A DNA stretch of 64,000 nucleotides from IMG/VR virus record IMGVR_UViG_3300008448_012223; one strand, 5' to 3'. The stretch comes from a virus. Positions within the stretch are counted from its first letter, which is position 1. Every line of letters begins with the position of its first letter. The notes beneath the pieces are model-generated. The model saw only the letters and a list, made by a program, of their open reading frames with translations, was not told where the DNA came from and made no database searches. Shown piece by piece: positions 6,680-18,900 of the stretch. The position numbers and the translations under genes were made by a program.

Positions 6680-7393
6680 TCAGCCTTGAGTTAGATCTGG
6701 CATAGCTGACTTAAGCTTATTGAATACCTGTATCTTATGGGCCACGCCGTGTACCGGTATGACTATGTTCTTACCTGTATTACCATTACATTTAAGGCAC
6801 GCGCTACACTGAGTCTCGTTAACTGAATAGAGACAGGCCTGCTCTCCCCTAATAGGTAGCTCACCATCTATAGCAACCCGATAGGTAGCCCAGCCCATAG
6901 AGTGGGCCAGCTTTAAATCCTCATATGACTCTACACTAGCATGGAGGTAGTTGCGCCACTCAGGGTCACAATCACGCCATCGATGAGTATAGCCAGTCCA
7001 TCCCGGTGCCTTATTAATCAGAGGTAGCCAGGCAGAGAGGGGCATCATAGCTGGATCGCCATAGGCTCCCAGGCGCAGGGGGAATGGTAACGTAGTGTTC
7101 TTCCAAGTATCGAGATCACCGCGTTCCCACATACGCCAGATGTTATTAGAGGCCCGCGGATCCACATAACACACCCGTTTCCGCAGAGGACAATCACCGC
7201 ATATACTACTATCAGCACCAGACTGTATATTAGATATAGGCGAGCCCTCCTGACGCAGAATATATGTCTGTATCATAAAGCCCGTCTTACGGTTCATACT
7301 GGGGCGCTGGAATCCACTGGCGAGAACTACTATAGGTTGGCTGTCCCATAGAGAAAGGCCACTCCATATCACGAGGGTACTACTTTTATACAT
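6680..7393 (-). CDS. Cys-cluster phage protein, possibly radical-SAM-like
   Basis: NRKTG.MIQTYIL, ICGDCPLRKRVCYV, LRLGAYGDP, GYTHRW, C-terminal CSACLKC. Confidence 0.5.
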   Translation of the reverse strand: MYKSSTLVIWSGLSLWDSQPIVVLASGFQRPSMNRKTGFMIQTYILRQEGSPISNIQSGADSSICGDCPLRKRVCYVDPRASNNIWRMWERGDLDTWKNTTLPFPLRLGAYGDPAMMPLSAWLPLINKAPGWTGYTHRWRDCDPEWRNYLHASVESYEDLKLAHSMGWATYRVAIDGELPIRGEQACLYSVNETQCSACLKCNGNTGKNIVIPVHGVAHKIQVFNKLKSAMPDLTQG

Positions 7394-7420
7394 AGAATAT
7401 AGTCTAGAATGGATTGAAGT

Positions 7421-7786
7421 ATGGTATTGTCATTGAAAAATATGCACACACAACTCGAAGATTGTGCTAGTCAACTACTAGTAGCAGCAGTAATCAAGAG
7501 AGATGAGGAAGCCACTGAGGCTATTCTAGATGTCATCGCCCTATTATTCACCGAGGCCGAGCAGATAGAACTAGCAGTTCATATGGCTTACAATAGCCTA
7601 GATGAGAGTGGATGTGACTGGCTTCAGGAGCAGATAGAATTGCTAGACTGTCCCTCAGCCGAGGTTAATCAGGAGGACTCGATGCGAGCACTAGAAGACG
7701 AGGGTATCTTTGTAATAGAGCAGGCCCTAGAACACACGTACGGTAAGTCGGAGCATGATGGTGAAACTAATACGATTCTTAAGTAG
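7421..7786 (+). CDS. Hypothetical acidic protein
   Basis: 121-aa ORF with phage-like codon usage, first of an overlapping gene run. Confidence 0.7.
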   Translation: MVLSLKNMHTQLEDCASQLLVAAVIKRDEEATEAILDVIALLFTEAEQIELAVHMAYNSLDESGCDWLQEQIELLDCPSAEVNQEDSMRALEDEGIFVIEQALEHTYGKSEHDGETNTILK

Positions 7787-8036
7787 TTTACTAGCTCTAG
7801 CACGCCTACTGAGTCGAGCTCATCTTACATGGGCCGGCCCGTATCTCACAGTAGACTACGAGGGAGTGATAATCCGTGTAGGTCAGGGGGAGTTGAGTAT
7901 AGATACCAGTAATCATATGATGATTAATTGCAATCACAAGGAGGATAGTAGACCAGATGTTTCCAGCGTGCAGGATAGGAGATATGGTGAGAAGCATATG
8001 CCCCAGGATACCCGACGGGCCTTTCTACACAGGTAG
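7755..8036 (+). CDS. Hypothetical protein
   Basis: ORF track; overlaps neighbours; a short beta-rich stretch (VIIRVGQGELSIDTS). Confidence 0.5.
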   Translation: MMVKLIRFLSSLLALARLLSRAHLTWAGPYLTVDYEGVIIRVGQGELSIDTSNHMMINCNHKEDSRPDVSSVQDRRYGEKHMPQDTRRAFLHR

Positions 8037-8214
8037 TCCTGATACTATGATTAATGGTAGACCCGCCATACGAATAGGAGACAAGTCAGTGCCGGGCCCT
8101 GCTATCACTGGCAGCCCGCGCACATTTATTAATGGCATACCCGCCGTGAGTATTATAGATCAGGTCTTCTGTGGCGTTATAATAACAGGTAGTGAGGATA
8201 CCTTCATAGACTGA
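7957..8214 (+). CDS. PAAR-domain spike-tip protein
   Basis: Repeated PACRIGD / TGSPDTMINGRPAIRIGD / TGSPRTFINGIPAVSIID / TGSEDTFI. Confidence 0.9.
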   Translation: MFPACRIGDMVRSICPRIPDGPFYTGSPDTMINGRPAIRIGDKSVPGPAITGSPRTFINGIPAVSIIDQVFCGVIITGSEDTFID

Positions 8215-9158
8215 TGCTTACATTTAATAGAGATCCACAGCCTGCCACCATAAGCTCACCCCCCACTACTACTAATGCCGTCATACAGCAGTTCAATAGT
8301 GAATTGGAGGAGGAATGGGTAGTAGGAGAGCAGCAGGTTACCACACAGGGGGCCCGCGTGTATAGTAGACGATATCACGAGATACGCTTCAACGAAACAG
8401 ATCTCGTACGATTAGATATGGTCAGCCTGGGTCAATATTCTCGTGTGTATGAGGCAGACCACTACTATAGACTCATACGCCCCTTCTACGAGGACGTATA
8501 CTCTAGCTCAGTGTCTAATCCCTATAATATGGGCCCGCCCAGTGATAGTGATTTTCTGCAGTGGCAGAAGCGTATTAATACGTATAGGCAGGAGAAGCAC
8601 TATAGACCTAAGTGTGTGGATACGCTAGTATGGCGGCGTCCCGCTGACTGGCCATCACTAGGAGAGGGCCTTGATGCAGGCGGTAATCCCATTGAGGTAC
8701 CCACTCAAGAGCAGGGGACCTTTCCTACTACGCCCTATGTATTACCTCTAGTCAATGCAGGTAAGAGGGTGGCCGCCCGTGTAGTCGTAGATCCCCCCGT
8801 ATCTCACACGGTAGAGATACTACAGACTCCTGATGGGCCGGCCCAGGTAGTCAGTGGTATATTCTTATTGCACTGGCCTATTATACGTATTAAACTACTA
8901 GAATTATTACTAGAGGCCCCCTGTACCGTAACCGTGGAGTTCTGGGGAGAGTATCTATTCTCTCGCTTCAGTCCTGAGATAAATCACTCAGGAGAGAGCG
9001 ATATACTACAGCACCCCGTAGGCTCTAGTCTAGAGACCAGATTATTACCCCCCAATAGGAGCAGTATGCCGCAGAACTTCTGGAATAACGGTGGGGATAC
9101 AGCCCCATTAGTAGATAATTACTGGGCTCGCCAGGGGAATGGATCATGGACAAGCTAA
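8214..9158 (+). CDS. Hypothetical protein, probably structural
   Basis: 314-aa ORF coupled to PAAR by a TGATG overlap. Confidence 0.75.
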   Translation: MLTFNRDPQPATISSPPTTTNAVIQQFNSELEEEWVVGEQQVTTQGARVYSRRYHEIRFNETDLVRLDMVSLGQYSRVYEADHYYRLIRPFYEDVYSSSVSNPYNMGPPSDSDFLQWQKRINTYRQEKHYRPKCVDTLVWRRPADWPSLGEGLDAGGNPIEVPTQEQGTFPTTPYVLPLVNAGKRVAARVVVDPPVSHTVEILQTPDGPAQVVSGIFLLHWPIIRIKLLELLLEAPCTVTVEFWGEYLFSRFSPEINHSGESDILQHPVGSSLETRLLPPNRSSMPQNFWNNGGDTAPLVDNYWARQGNGSWTS

Positions 9159-9385
9159 TACTACTAGCGCCACTAGATAAGGTGAAGTTAGAGGAGTTGG
9201 AGCCAGAGGACATGCGCCAGCTCCTACATTTATATTACCTAGATACACCGGCTGATATAGATATCCTTAGGATTAGAATAAGTAAAAGATTACTACGCGG
9301 AGTTAATCGTACCTATCTTCAGCACCTTAAGCTACTATATGTTTACTTAGGACACTACCTTAAGAAATCAGGAGTTATACATTGA
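9146..9385 (+). CDS. Hypothetical protein
   Basis: ORF track; overlapping operon arrangement. Confidence 0.6.
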   Translation: MDKLILLAPLDKVKLEELEPEDMRQLLHLYYLDTPADIDILRIRISKRLLRGVNRTYLQHLKLLYVYLGHYLKKSGVIH

Positions 9386-9636
9386 CTTATATATCAATTA
9401 CATTTTCACAGCATCAGTCTCTTGATTGGTCACATACAATAGGAGAGGATGCCTTTGGCTGGCTACAGACAGCGGAGGAGGACAATATTATAGTAGAGAA
9501 GTTAGAACCATACGAGGCAGTACTAGCCATAGAAGACGATATAGGCGATAATATAGGATATATATGCGCCATGCTGATGGAGCGGGGCATATTAGAATTT
9601 AATGTTCACGTAAGTCCTACTCAATTAGCATGGTAA
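9382..9636 (+). CDS. Hypothetical protein
   Basis: ORF track; overlapping operon arrangement, non-ATG start. Confidence 0.55.
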   Translation: MTYISITFSQHQSLDWSHTIGEDAFGWLQTAEEDNIIVEKLEPYEAVLAIEDDIGDNIGYICAMLMERGILEFNVHVSPTQLAW

Positions 9637-9905
9637 CACTCTCAGACTATAGACTCACATACGAGATAACATCACTACCGACTATAATATTCGCTGGGAT
9701 GACCGCTGCGGATGAGCCATTTCACTTCACTCGCTTTGAGGTGCCCCCCATTAATGGTCCCATCGAGTGCCGCTTTTTACTATTCGATAAGTCAGGTAAT
9801 TTGATAGAGTTATCTAATCAATATGTGCACAGTACTGCGCTAGTGGCTACCTGCAATATAGTGCCACTGCGTATGATAGAAAAGCTAGTTAAACCAGATC
9901 CATAG
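9630..9905 (+). CDS. Hypothetical protein
   Basis: ORF track; 3' end overlaps the 3' end of the giant convergent gene by 17 nt. Confidence 0.55.
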   Translation: MVTLSDYRLTYEITSLPTIIFAGMTAADEPFHFTRFEVPPINGPIECRFLLFDKSGNLIELSNQYVHSTALVATCNIVPLRMIEKLVKPDP

Positions 9906-12900
9906 AGTAACTCTCGCTCTCATTTCGATAGGCCATACTATTAGGACGGTCTACTGTTAGGTCGCTCATATAGAGGGCGTCATAGGTGTCGTATTCATCA
10001 CCATTGAATATAGTTTGTACGAAGAACTCAACAGGGGAGCCCGCGTCATCTACGACCTCGGTTTCAGCATTATCCTCTCGTTCCATGCGAGCTCTATTCA
10101 TACTCTCTTGAGTAGCGCGTATACCGGCGCTAACAGCATCTAGAGCTACGGGGGCTACACTACGCTGCATACTGACCTCTAACCCACGATGGAGTAACTT
10201 ATTTACGAAGCCTGCTGATACGAGACTCAATGCCCCCGTGATGACGTTGCTAGCTACATTACGCAGGCCCGCGAATGGGTCAGAGTCTATTGTGGGAGCC
10301 TTACCGAGTGTCTTCTCTACGAATGGGTTGATGATATAGCGGCCTGCCAGTTGAGCTGTTGCGCCAAAGGCTATCTCCTGTGCTAGTAGCATACCGACAC
10401 CAATTGTATAGTCCTCGTGTAGTTGACCTGCTAGGCGTCCCTTGAATCCCATACTCATCAGAGTACCTGCGGCGAAACGTCCCAACTGGTTACCTGCTGG
10501 GGCGCTTACGTAGGCCATAGCGCCTAGCATATTACCCATAGTCTGCTGCATTGCCTCGGGGCGGGCTCCGCCACTACTAATCATATCTCCTGCCAGTGCC
10601 ATTAGGGGGAATAGAAGTACATCCATTATATTACCGGCAGTATTGTTAAGAATAGGTAGATCATCTGCTACGCGCAAGAGGGGGCGGTCTGGTCGCGGGC
10701 GAGGATCCAGTGGGTCCACATCAGGAGGTGAGCCGGCCAGTAGATAATCGCGCCGACGAGCTGCTAACTCCTTAGCCCTATCTGGGGCGACACCCATATC
10801 CTGTAGTAGTTTTATATAGCGCGTATCGACGTCACGGCTCTCATAGTCTCGTAGCTCCTCTACTAGTCTATCGGCTGTATCTACCTGCTGACCTAGTGCT
10901 GTAGCGCGAACATAAGTAACCAATCGACTAGTGGCTATCTCATCTGTGAGAACTGTCTTCTGAATAAACTCTATTATCTCCTTATCAGCTGGGCTAGGGG
11001 TGCCGCTATTGAGTAACACACTAAAGATATCTGCTATTTCATAGCGCTTACCATCAGCGTGAGTGAAGGTATCCATAAGAGACTCGAGGGCCCGTGCTAC
11101 CTGCTCAGGCTCGTTTATCTTCCCGGCCGATACAGCCTGTAACAGTGATCTAACTAGCGGACTAGCTCCTAAGCCAGTAGGGTCACCAGCGGCAGTAATC
11201 AGATCCTGACCGAGTACATCCTCTAGTTGTCCTCCGTATAGTGTGGAGCGGGTACTATCATTAATAGCGAAGCGCAGTAGTTTACTGCCATCAGTATTAG
11301 CCCAGAGTGATGCACTCTCCCTACTACGTAGGAAGTTCATAGCTAATATACGCTTAGTATTCGTACCCATATCCTGGAAGCGCTTATCTCCTATTACATC
11401 ACGAGTGAAGTTCTGGAACTCTTCTACTTCTATCTCCATCTCGGTGAGGCCATTAGTGATGCCACCTGCTATGAGGGCATCTATCTGAGCGGCCCGCGCG
11501 GGCTCGCTATTTATGTAGGTCTCCACACTCTCTGCTAGGCCTCTACCAGAGCTAATGGGGTTACCTGCCTTATCGGTTGGCATAGCCCGCTCAAAGGCGA
11601 ATACAGCCGCCATACCTACTAGGTCCTGTCGTAGTTGATAGCTGGCTATGAGGGCGCGGCTATGAGTACCTATCTCATCTCCTCGCAGTACACTCAATCG
11701 ACGAGATAAATCTAACTGCTCAGCCTCTCCAATGGAGAGTTTAGTCAGTAGATCATTAATCTTAGAGTCCTGAGCATCATTAGTAGCTGATGCCAGTAAT
11801 TCTTTATGAGCTTCTATATACGCATCTAACTTAAATAGAGGAGTTATAGACGGTAGTAGTTTACTCATATCATCCACTACACGCTGGCGCTCCACATCAT
11901 CGACGGCATCTACAAAGCGCTTATGGTACTGCGATAAGTTCTCTAGGAACTCAGCGCCACCCATCTTAGGCTTAATAGCATCCCGCAGCATTTGTTGTAT
12001 CTCTTGCAGGAATGTGCCTACCTCGCCTACCTCTGTCCTACTCTGGCGGGCCAGTCTCTGTATATCCGCTATCTTACTATCGGCCTCTAGGTTAGCATCA
12101 CTCGCGCTCATGCCACTTGCTATACCCTGATCGATTAGTATACGACGTATGTCATCCTGTAGGGCCGAGCTATTCTCTAGTGCGTGTGATACAGCCATGA
12201 TGGGGGAGCGCTCGTATAGCATACCCACGGTAGTATTATATGTCTTACCGAGGATTACACTACCTGCCTGACCCAGTACCTTCTGCATCATATCAAATTG
12301 ACCGCCGCTCATGACACTACCATCAGCGCGCTTCATGTACTTACTGAGATTATCGCGAGCATTAACAGCAGTTAATTTATGCAGGAAGTCATATGCCTTC
12401 TCTTCCTGATCGTTACCTGTAGCGCTCAGGATATCATGTAGACTAGCCCGCACGAATGGCCCTATATCAGGATTATTAACGAGATCGGTTAGTATGTTCT
12501 GGTCTGTAGAGGTAGATAATCTATTAACTATATCAACTGCACTATCGGTTCTACTCTGCTGTATTAACTCTAATAGGGATTCGTGAGCTGGGTGTATACG
12601 CGCGTATACATCCTCCATCATACCGAAGAGACCGCGGGCCTGTTCTACTAGTACCAGGGCATGTTCTATACCTCTCTGTTCCAGCATACCCTTATCTAAT
12701 TTCATATAGCCCGCTACCCAGCTATACACTGAGTCGGTATACTCATTCCAACTAGCATTAGTGGTTACCTGCTGTATAGTATCCAGTAGAGCACTGGCAC
12801 GCGTCTCTAAATCGCTAGCTTGCTTCTCTAGAATGGTACGCTTAGCGGGATCAGCAGCCTGAGATGCCATCTCCCGCCGCTCCTTAGCGCGTTCCAGCAT

Positions 12901-15900
12901 ATCATCGCGCTGCAACTTCATCTGAGAGTAATTGAAGAATATAGCGCTGAAGGTATCCCCGTCGAAGTCTCCTAGGTTACTGGCTATAAAGCTGATGGGA
13001 TTAAGTAGAGTCAATGACTTATTACGAGTATCATCAAAGAAGTTAAAGCCACTGCCAGTCAGGTCTCGGTATATGTTATTGATACTATTGAGTGTATCTA
13101 ATCCGAACACCAGCTTATCGAGATGGGTGTTCCCAGGGGGCGGGCTACGTTGAATCCAGGCTCTCGTTAACTCCAGCTCAGTGAAGAATATACTCATATC
13201 AGCCTGCAGAGTACTATTCATTATGAATAATGAATCGCGCGCTGCACGATTAGCCATAACTGGATCTAGTTCCATTGCATAGGCGGCGTTTGCATCACTT
13301 ACCAGCTTCCTATACTGAGTTATGAGAGCCACGCCTCTATTATGTAAATCAGTGCCCCGCGGGCTCTTACCTTCTAAATACGTATCTACAGCAGAGGTTA
13401 CGTCATTAATAGTTCTCTCTAGACTATCTAGTCTAGTAGAGAATGTATTCAGCATCTCAGCACCATCCTTACCACGCGTATCGCTGAAGAAGGATAGGTC
13501 TATGGGATTCTTACGTGCACGACCCTGTAGTAGATCCAGGTTATCAAACCTATTACCTAATGCATTAGTGTCAATGTAGATCCGCATATTATCAGGTATG
13601 ATAGAGCGGGCCGGGCCCTGACTACCTATCATGAGCCCAGAGATAATAATAGGTAAGTGACCCAGATCTCTATACTTATGAGTTTCAGCTCCAGGCAGAG
13701 ATTCCAGTATTGTGCCCATCTCGGCTTCACCTAGAGTAGATACCAGAGAATCCCCGCTACCGCTGAATTTCATGCTACTGAATCTATCCATCTCGGCCTT
13801 AATTTCTATCTCTAGATGAGCGTATTCAGCTGCCTGTAAACCAGGAGCCAGTTTTTCTATACCGGCTATCCTACTCTGGAAGTTCTTACTTTTATCTACT
13901 ACTGTCTCCAGCCCATACATGCCCGCTATACTGAGTCCCTCGGTTATAGCATATATCTGCTGTTGTATTAACCTACGACCAATTCTCTTATCACCTGATT
14001 GGCCAATAACAGACAGGTTATTCTTGAGATGGTCTCCTAATCTAGTAAGTATCTCCTCTCGTGTCTGACTACCTCGCGTACCGAAGCGCTCCATAGTGGC
14101 CTCTGCTAGTACGGCGCCACGCACAGGTACATACCAGCTAGCGGCCCCTACGCCAGTAGTACCTGTCACGCCTATTTTATTACCAGTGATAGGCTGCAGA
14201 TATGCGCTCGCCAGGTCATTATAAACGCGGGCCTCATAGGTGCTATTGAGTTCCTGGAACCTAGTCAACTCCTGTATCTGGAAGTCACTGAGGCCCTCTA
14301 GTTCAATAGTAGTCCTCGAACTAGACTCAATGGCTACCTTCTCGAAGATATCACGTACTGTACTACCGGGGGCCAGCATAACCCATTTATCTACTGTAGC
14401 AGCAGCTATCTCATTCTCGTGGCTACCGAACTGAATACCTGCTATTCTCACATCTTCAGGACTCAGGATAAATCCCCTCTCCTTAATAGCTGTATTGAAT
14501 ACAACGTTATTTCCCTCTATACGGAAGGAGGGAAACTCATAAGCTATACGACGAAGATTCTTCTGGCCCATTGACTGCACGGTAGCTTCAGTGGCCTCTA
14601 CACCCAGTACTTTATCTCCTGCTAGACGCCAGCGGGACGCATGGGCATATATATCATTCTTCAGGACACGAAGTGACTGGCGTACTACATTACGTAGAGT
14701 ATCTCTATCAGTCCCCGCAGGTTGGCCCATCCATGTCGCTATCTCATCAAGTATAGTATGAGTAACATTAGTAGTATCAGGGCCCGACCCTCTAGTATAC
14801 GACACCATGTCAGTATCACTGGCACTCTCGAGTAGAGACAATGCAGTGTGGAACTGCCGGTATCGCTCGCGTAGATTAGTTATATCGCTTAGTGGGGCCC
14901 GCGCATCGTTATACACTCCTAGTAATATCTCTCCTAGCGTAGAATTAGCATGGAAGTCTAGACCAGCCAGGTCATACATAGGAATATCATCCACCGCCAT
15001 CTTATTGGGGTCTGCCCCTATAGCCATCTTCATGACGCCAAGGATAGCCCTACGCATACTATCAACACTACCATCACGCTTGAATTTATCCACGTTAGCC
15101 ATGAAGGGACTAGATACTATATGCTGCATTTCTAGTTGCGCAGTGTCCTTACTACTCAATGGCACCTTAGAGCTACTACCCATCACGGCATTATATAGCA
15201 CTACATAGCGAGAGTAATTACTCAATCTATCGAGCATAACGGCCACGTTTTCCTGGCCTACGCTTATCTCATCTGCCTGCGTAACGCCTGCTATAACGCT
15301 CATAGCCGCATACGCATGACGAGATATACTATCGCTACCAGTCACTGGCGTAGTATTGAGCTCTAGGGTATTATTAAGTGACATGAGCTGCATCATAATC
15401 TCTAGGTTACCGGCTATAGCAGCGCGCTCAAAGCCGCGACCCATAGCCCCAGTATCTACATAACCCCTGCGCGCTGCATCTGCTGCATCTACTATCAGAC
15501 CTACCTTATTAGATAATGACCCACTACTAGTTCCACTACGCAGGGCTGTCATTATCTCTGATATATCAATGGCCCCTAGAACAGGACTCTGTAGTCTATT
15601 AATAGCACCGTCGCTCCCGCGTACTAGCTTCCTACCTATTTCGAGATGAGGGGAGCCATCTCCTAGCTTATCACTCTGCATAAGTTCCAGCATAGTAGAC
15701 ATATAGAGGTCACGATAGTAATTACCGAGCCGCCCCTGCGCTGCCAACTGTGCTATTTCTATATAGACAGTGTCTATATTGATATTGCTATTATTACTAA
15801 AGAGACGCGAATCAGCTATGGAAAGGAGAGCGGCCGCTATCTGCTGATCATTCCGTTCTAGTACCCCCCGACGAAATAGCTCCCCACCATTATAGGTAAG

Positions 15901-18900
15901 TAGGGTGGCCCCGTGATTGAATGCGTAGCTCTTCAGGTTAGTGGGGCTGACTATATACTGGATGTCCTCTATCTCGAGGGCACTATGGTAGCCCCCTTGC
16001 TGTATAGTGGGGAACACCTCACTACGCATAATATCCTCGCTCAGGAACACAGGGACTATCTTAGCCAGACCGCGCTCCGCTTCTACCCTTCGAGAGCCAC
16101 CTTCAAGTAGAGTGCGTAGGAATTGTATCTGTACCTGCACTTCATTAGTAGCATCGCTACCAGTCAGCCTACTAACCTGTAGTAGCTGCTCAATAGCGTA
16201 CTCGCCGCGTATACCGGCTGCGGCACTAGTAGCCATAGCGGCCCCCATATTAGGATTACGAGATGTACTCTCTATCTGGCCTAGAAATACGCGCATCTCA
16301 CTACGACTAGTGATAGCCTGCTTACGGCGTCCCTCTCTATCTAGTAGATAGTAGCGTTGTTCTCCCTCATCGAATACAATACGGTCGTCGCTACTCACTA
16401 CTATATTATCGAATGTCCAGTCCCGCCCCAGTAGACTAGCCTTACTACTCTTAGTAGCCTGATCTAGGAAGCCACGTCTTACCCTATGTAGTGGGTTAGC
16501 ATACGCGTAGTCACTATAGGCCCCCTCTAGCGCCATAATCATAACAGTAGGGCGGGCCCGTCCAGAGCCTATCAATCCCCGCTCTCTACTAGCGAAGAGC
16601 TGAGATTGCACTATAGTAGCGCGGAATAGCTCAGCCAGTACGCTATCATCCTCAGTGGGTATATCCTCACTATCAATACCCAGGCGGTCGGCCAATTCAT
16701 AACGTATAGCCTCTAACTCTACAGCCGCCTCACTACTCATAAAGCGCGATATTCTACCACTGAATATAGCACCATAGCGATAACCATCATCTACGATACT
16801 ACTATCTAGTCCACGTGCCTCTAACCCCGCGCGCAGGTCAGCTAGGTATGCGTCTTGATACGTGCTGCCCTGCAGTACATCTACATCGCTACCACCGTAG
16901 CGGGCCCTATACCTAACGGGAGTCAACTCAGGTATGACCTTACCGGTATCAGTGGGACTAACTAGCTCCAGCACCTGGGTGTAGCTCTCACTTATATCCA
17001 TGAGGGGGCGCATGCCAATCACGTTCTTGAGACGCTGAGGCACCTGATCCGGCTTATTGGGATCAAAGAAGAACCTGAGTAGGTTATCGCCGCGGGCATC
17101 GAACTCTGCTTCTAGCAGGGAGCGGTCTATACCCAAATGACTCACTGCCTTCATGTATTCGCTCAGCTCATCTCGCCGTATGATATCCCCCACACCAGTA
17201 CTGCGTATGATGGATAGGTCGAAGACCTCACTGGCAATGGCACGGCGAGATAGAGGTAGCACATTATTATAGGCAGTGAAGTATTGACTCTCATCAGTAG
17301 CCGTAGGGCTCACGTTACCTTCAGCAACTCGTACAAAGAGGAAGTCATCGCCTACACCGAGGTCAGATACCGGACCTATAGGCAATGGGCTAGCAGTATA
17401 AGCAAAGGCACTCAGGTTACTAAAGGTAGTCTCATTAGCCTTAATACGACGTAGCGCAGCATTAACTATAGATATACCGGCAGGCTGCCTACCTTGACCA
17501 AAGCCATAGGCTACTAAACGATTACTTGCTTGTGTAGAACCATAATTACGAGCCTGCGTAGGAGTGAGGAACGCAGCGAATGCGCTATCATGTATCTCCT
17601 TTAACCTCTCGCGCACATCAATATTATAACGACTATCATTCTGGGATTCGATAAACTTGAATAACACATCAGCGAACATGGGGCCCTGATCCATAATCTC
17701 ATATAGCTTATTAGCGGCAAGATTAAGGGCCCCCCTACGGTGTGCCTCTAGGTCTATTATAGGCTGGCCTTTCTCATCTATAGACCGCGCATAGGTAAGA
17801 AATATGTTAGATAGTTCCTCGAAGGCCACTCTACGACGGCTATCAGTACGAGATATACTCGCTAGGTCTCGTATACGATCTAGATCGGGGTCACTAGAGT
17901 AGAACAAGGAAGTCAGGTTACTGAGGCCCTGCTGTACTCTACTAGTACCCTCGTCCGTGGTTAGATCGAGACCACTCACGCCCAGTAGCTTCTCGAAGAA
18001 GTTCATGGCACTCTGATACTGAGCGCCGGAGTCACGCTGTACGGCCTGGGCGGCGCGTATATTATCAGGGCTATAGTATCTCTGGTACTCTATAAGTGGG
18101 GCCCGCACTAAACGAGTAGTCTCACTCTCTAACGCAATAGAGCTCATGAGGCCCACTACTACATCCAGTGGATTAAGGCGCAGGCGTCTACGAGGATCCA
18201 GACCCACACCACGACCATCACGTTCTATAGCCAGCTCCATACGCATTGTGCCAGTATTGAACAGCTCAGCTGACTCTATCTGACGACCCCCGCTTATATC
18301 TATGAAGGCAGCGGGCCCCCGTCCACTAGCGTTCTTATAGGCACCCCATCTATATACACGCTGAGTAGGTAGGCCCTTATTGAGTGTTAGAGTAGCACCC
18401 TCTAGATTAAGACCATCGTAGTCTCGCTGTATGCCTATGACCTCAGAGCCGACAGCCGCATTAACTCTCTCTATTTCATTGATTAGGTCCAGTATGGCTC
18501 TTCTATCTACTCTATTACTATACATAGACCTACGGTCCCGCCCACTATAATGAGTCTCACCTATTCGTTGTATTCCCAGGGAGCTCTGTAATTTATAGAA
18601 GGCTCGCGCGTATTCTCTATTCTCCTCATCACGCTCCTCACTAGAGAGACTGAGAGGGCTTGTCCCCCCCACCCTATCGTAAATTATATTGATCTCCTGG
18701 TTAACGAGTTGACGGCTCAGGAGATCATCACTATCTGCCAAAGAATTAAGACCATAGTTACTAGATCCCTGGCTACCACCCAGGATATCGAAGGCTTGAC
18801 GATTGTCTATATTCTGCATGCCCAGCCCGGCCCCTTGATTTATGGCGTCATTCTCGTAGGTCGCTAGGTATGCCTTAACGTGGCTGCGCGGTACTGCGGT

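Noticed and set aside
11243-16351. Several plus-strand ORFs inside the giant gene, and similar antisense ORFs across 22146-46239 and 56928-63964
   Set aside because: Antisense shadows of long coding frames, with no RBS or recognisable motifs
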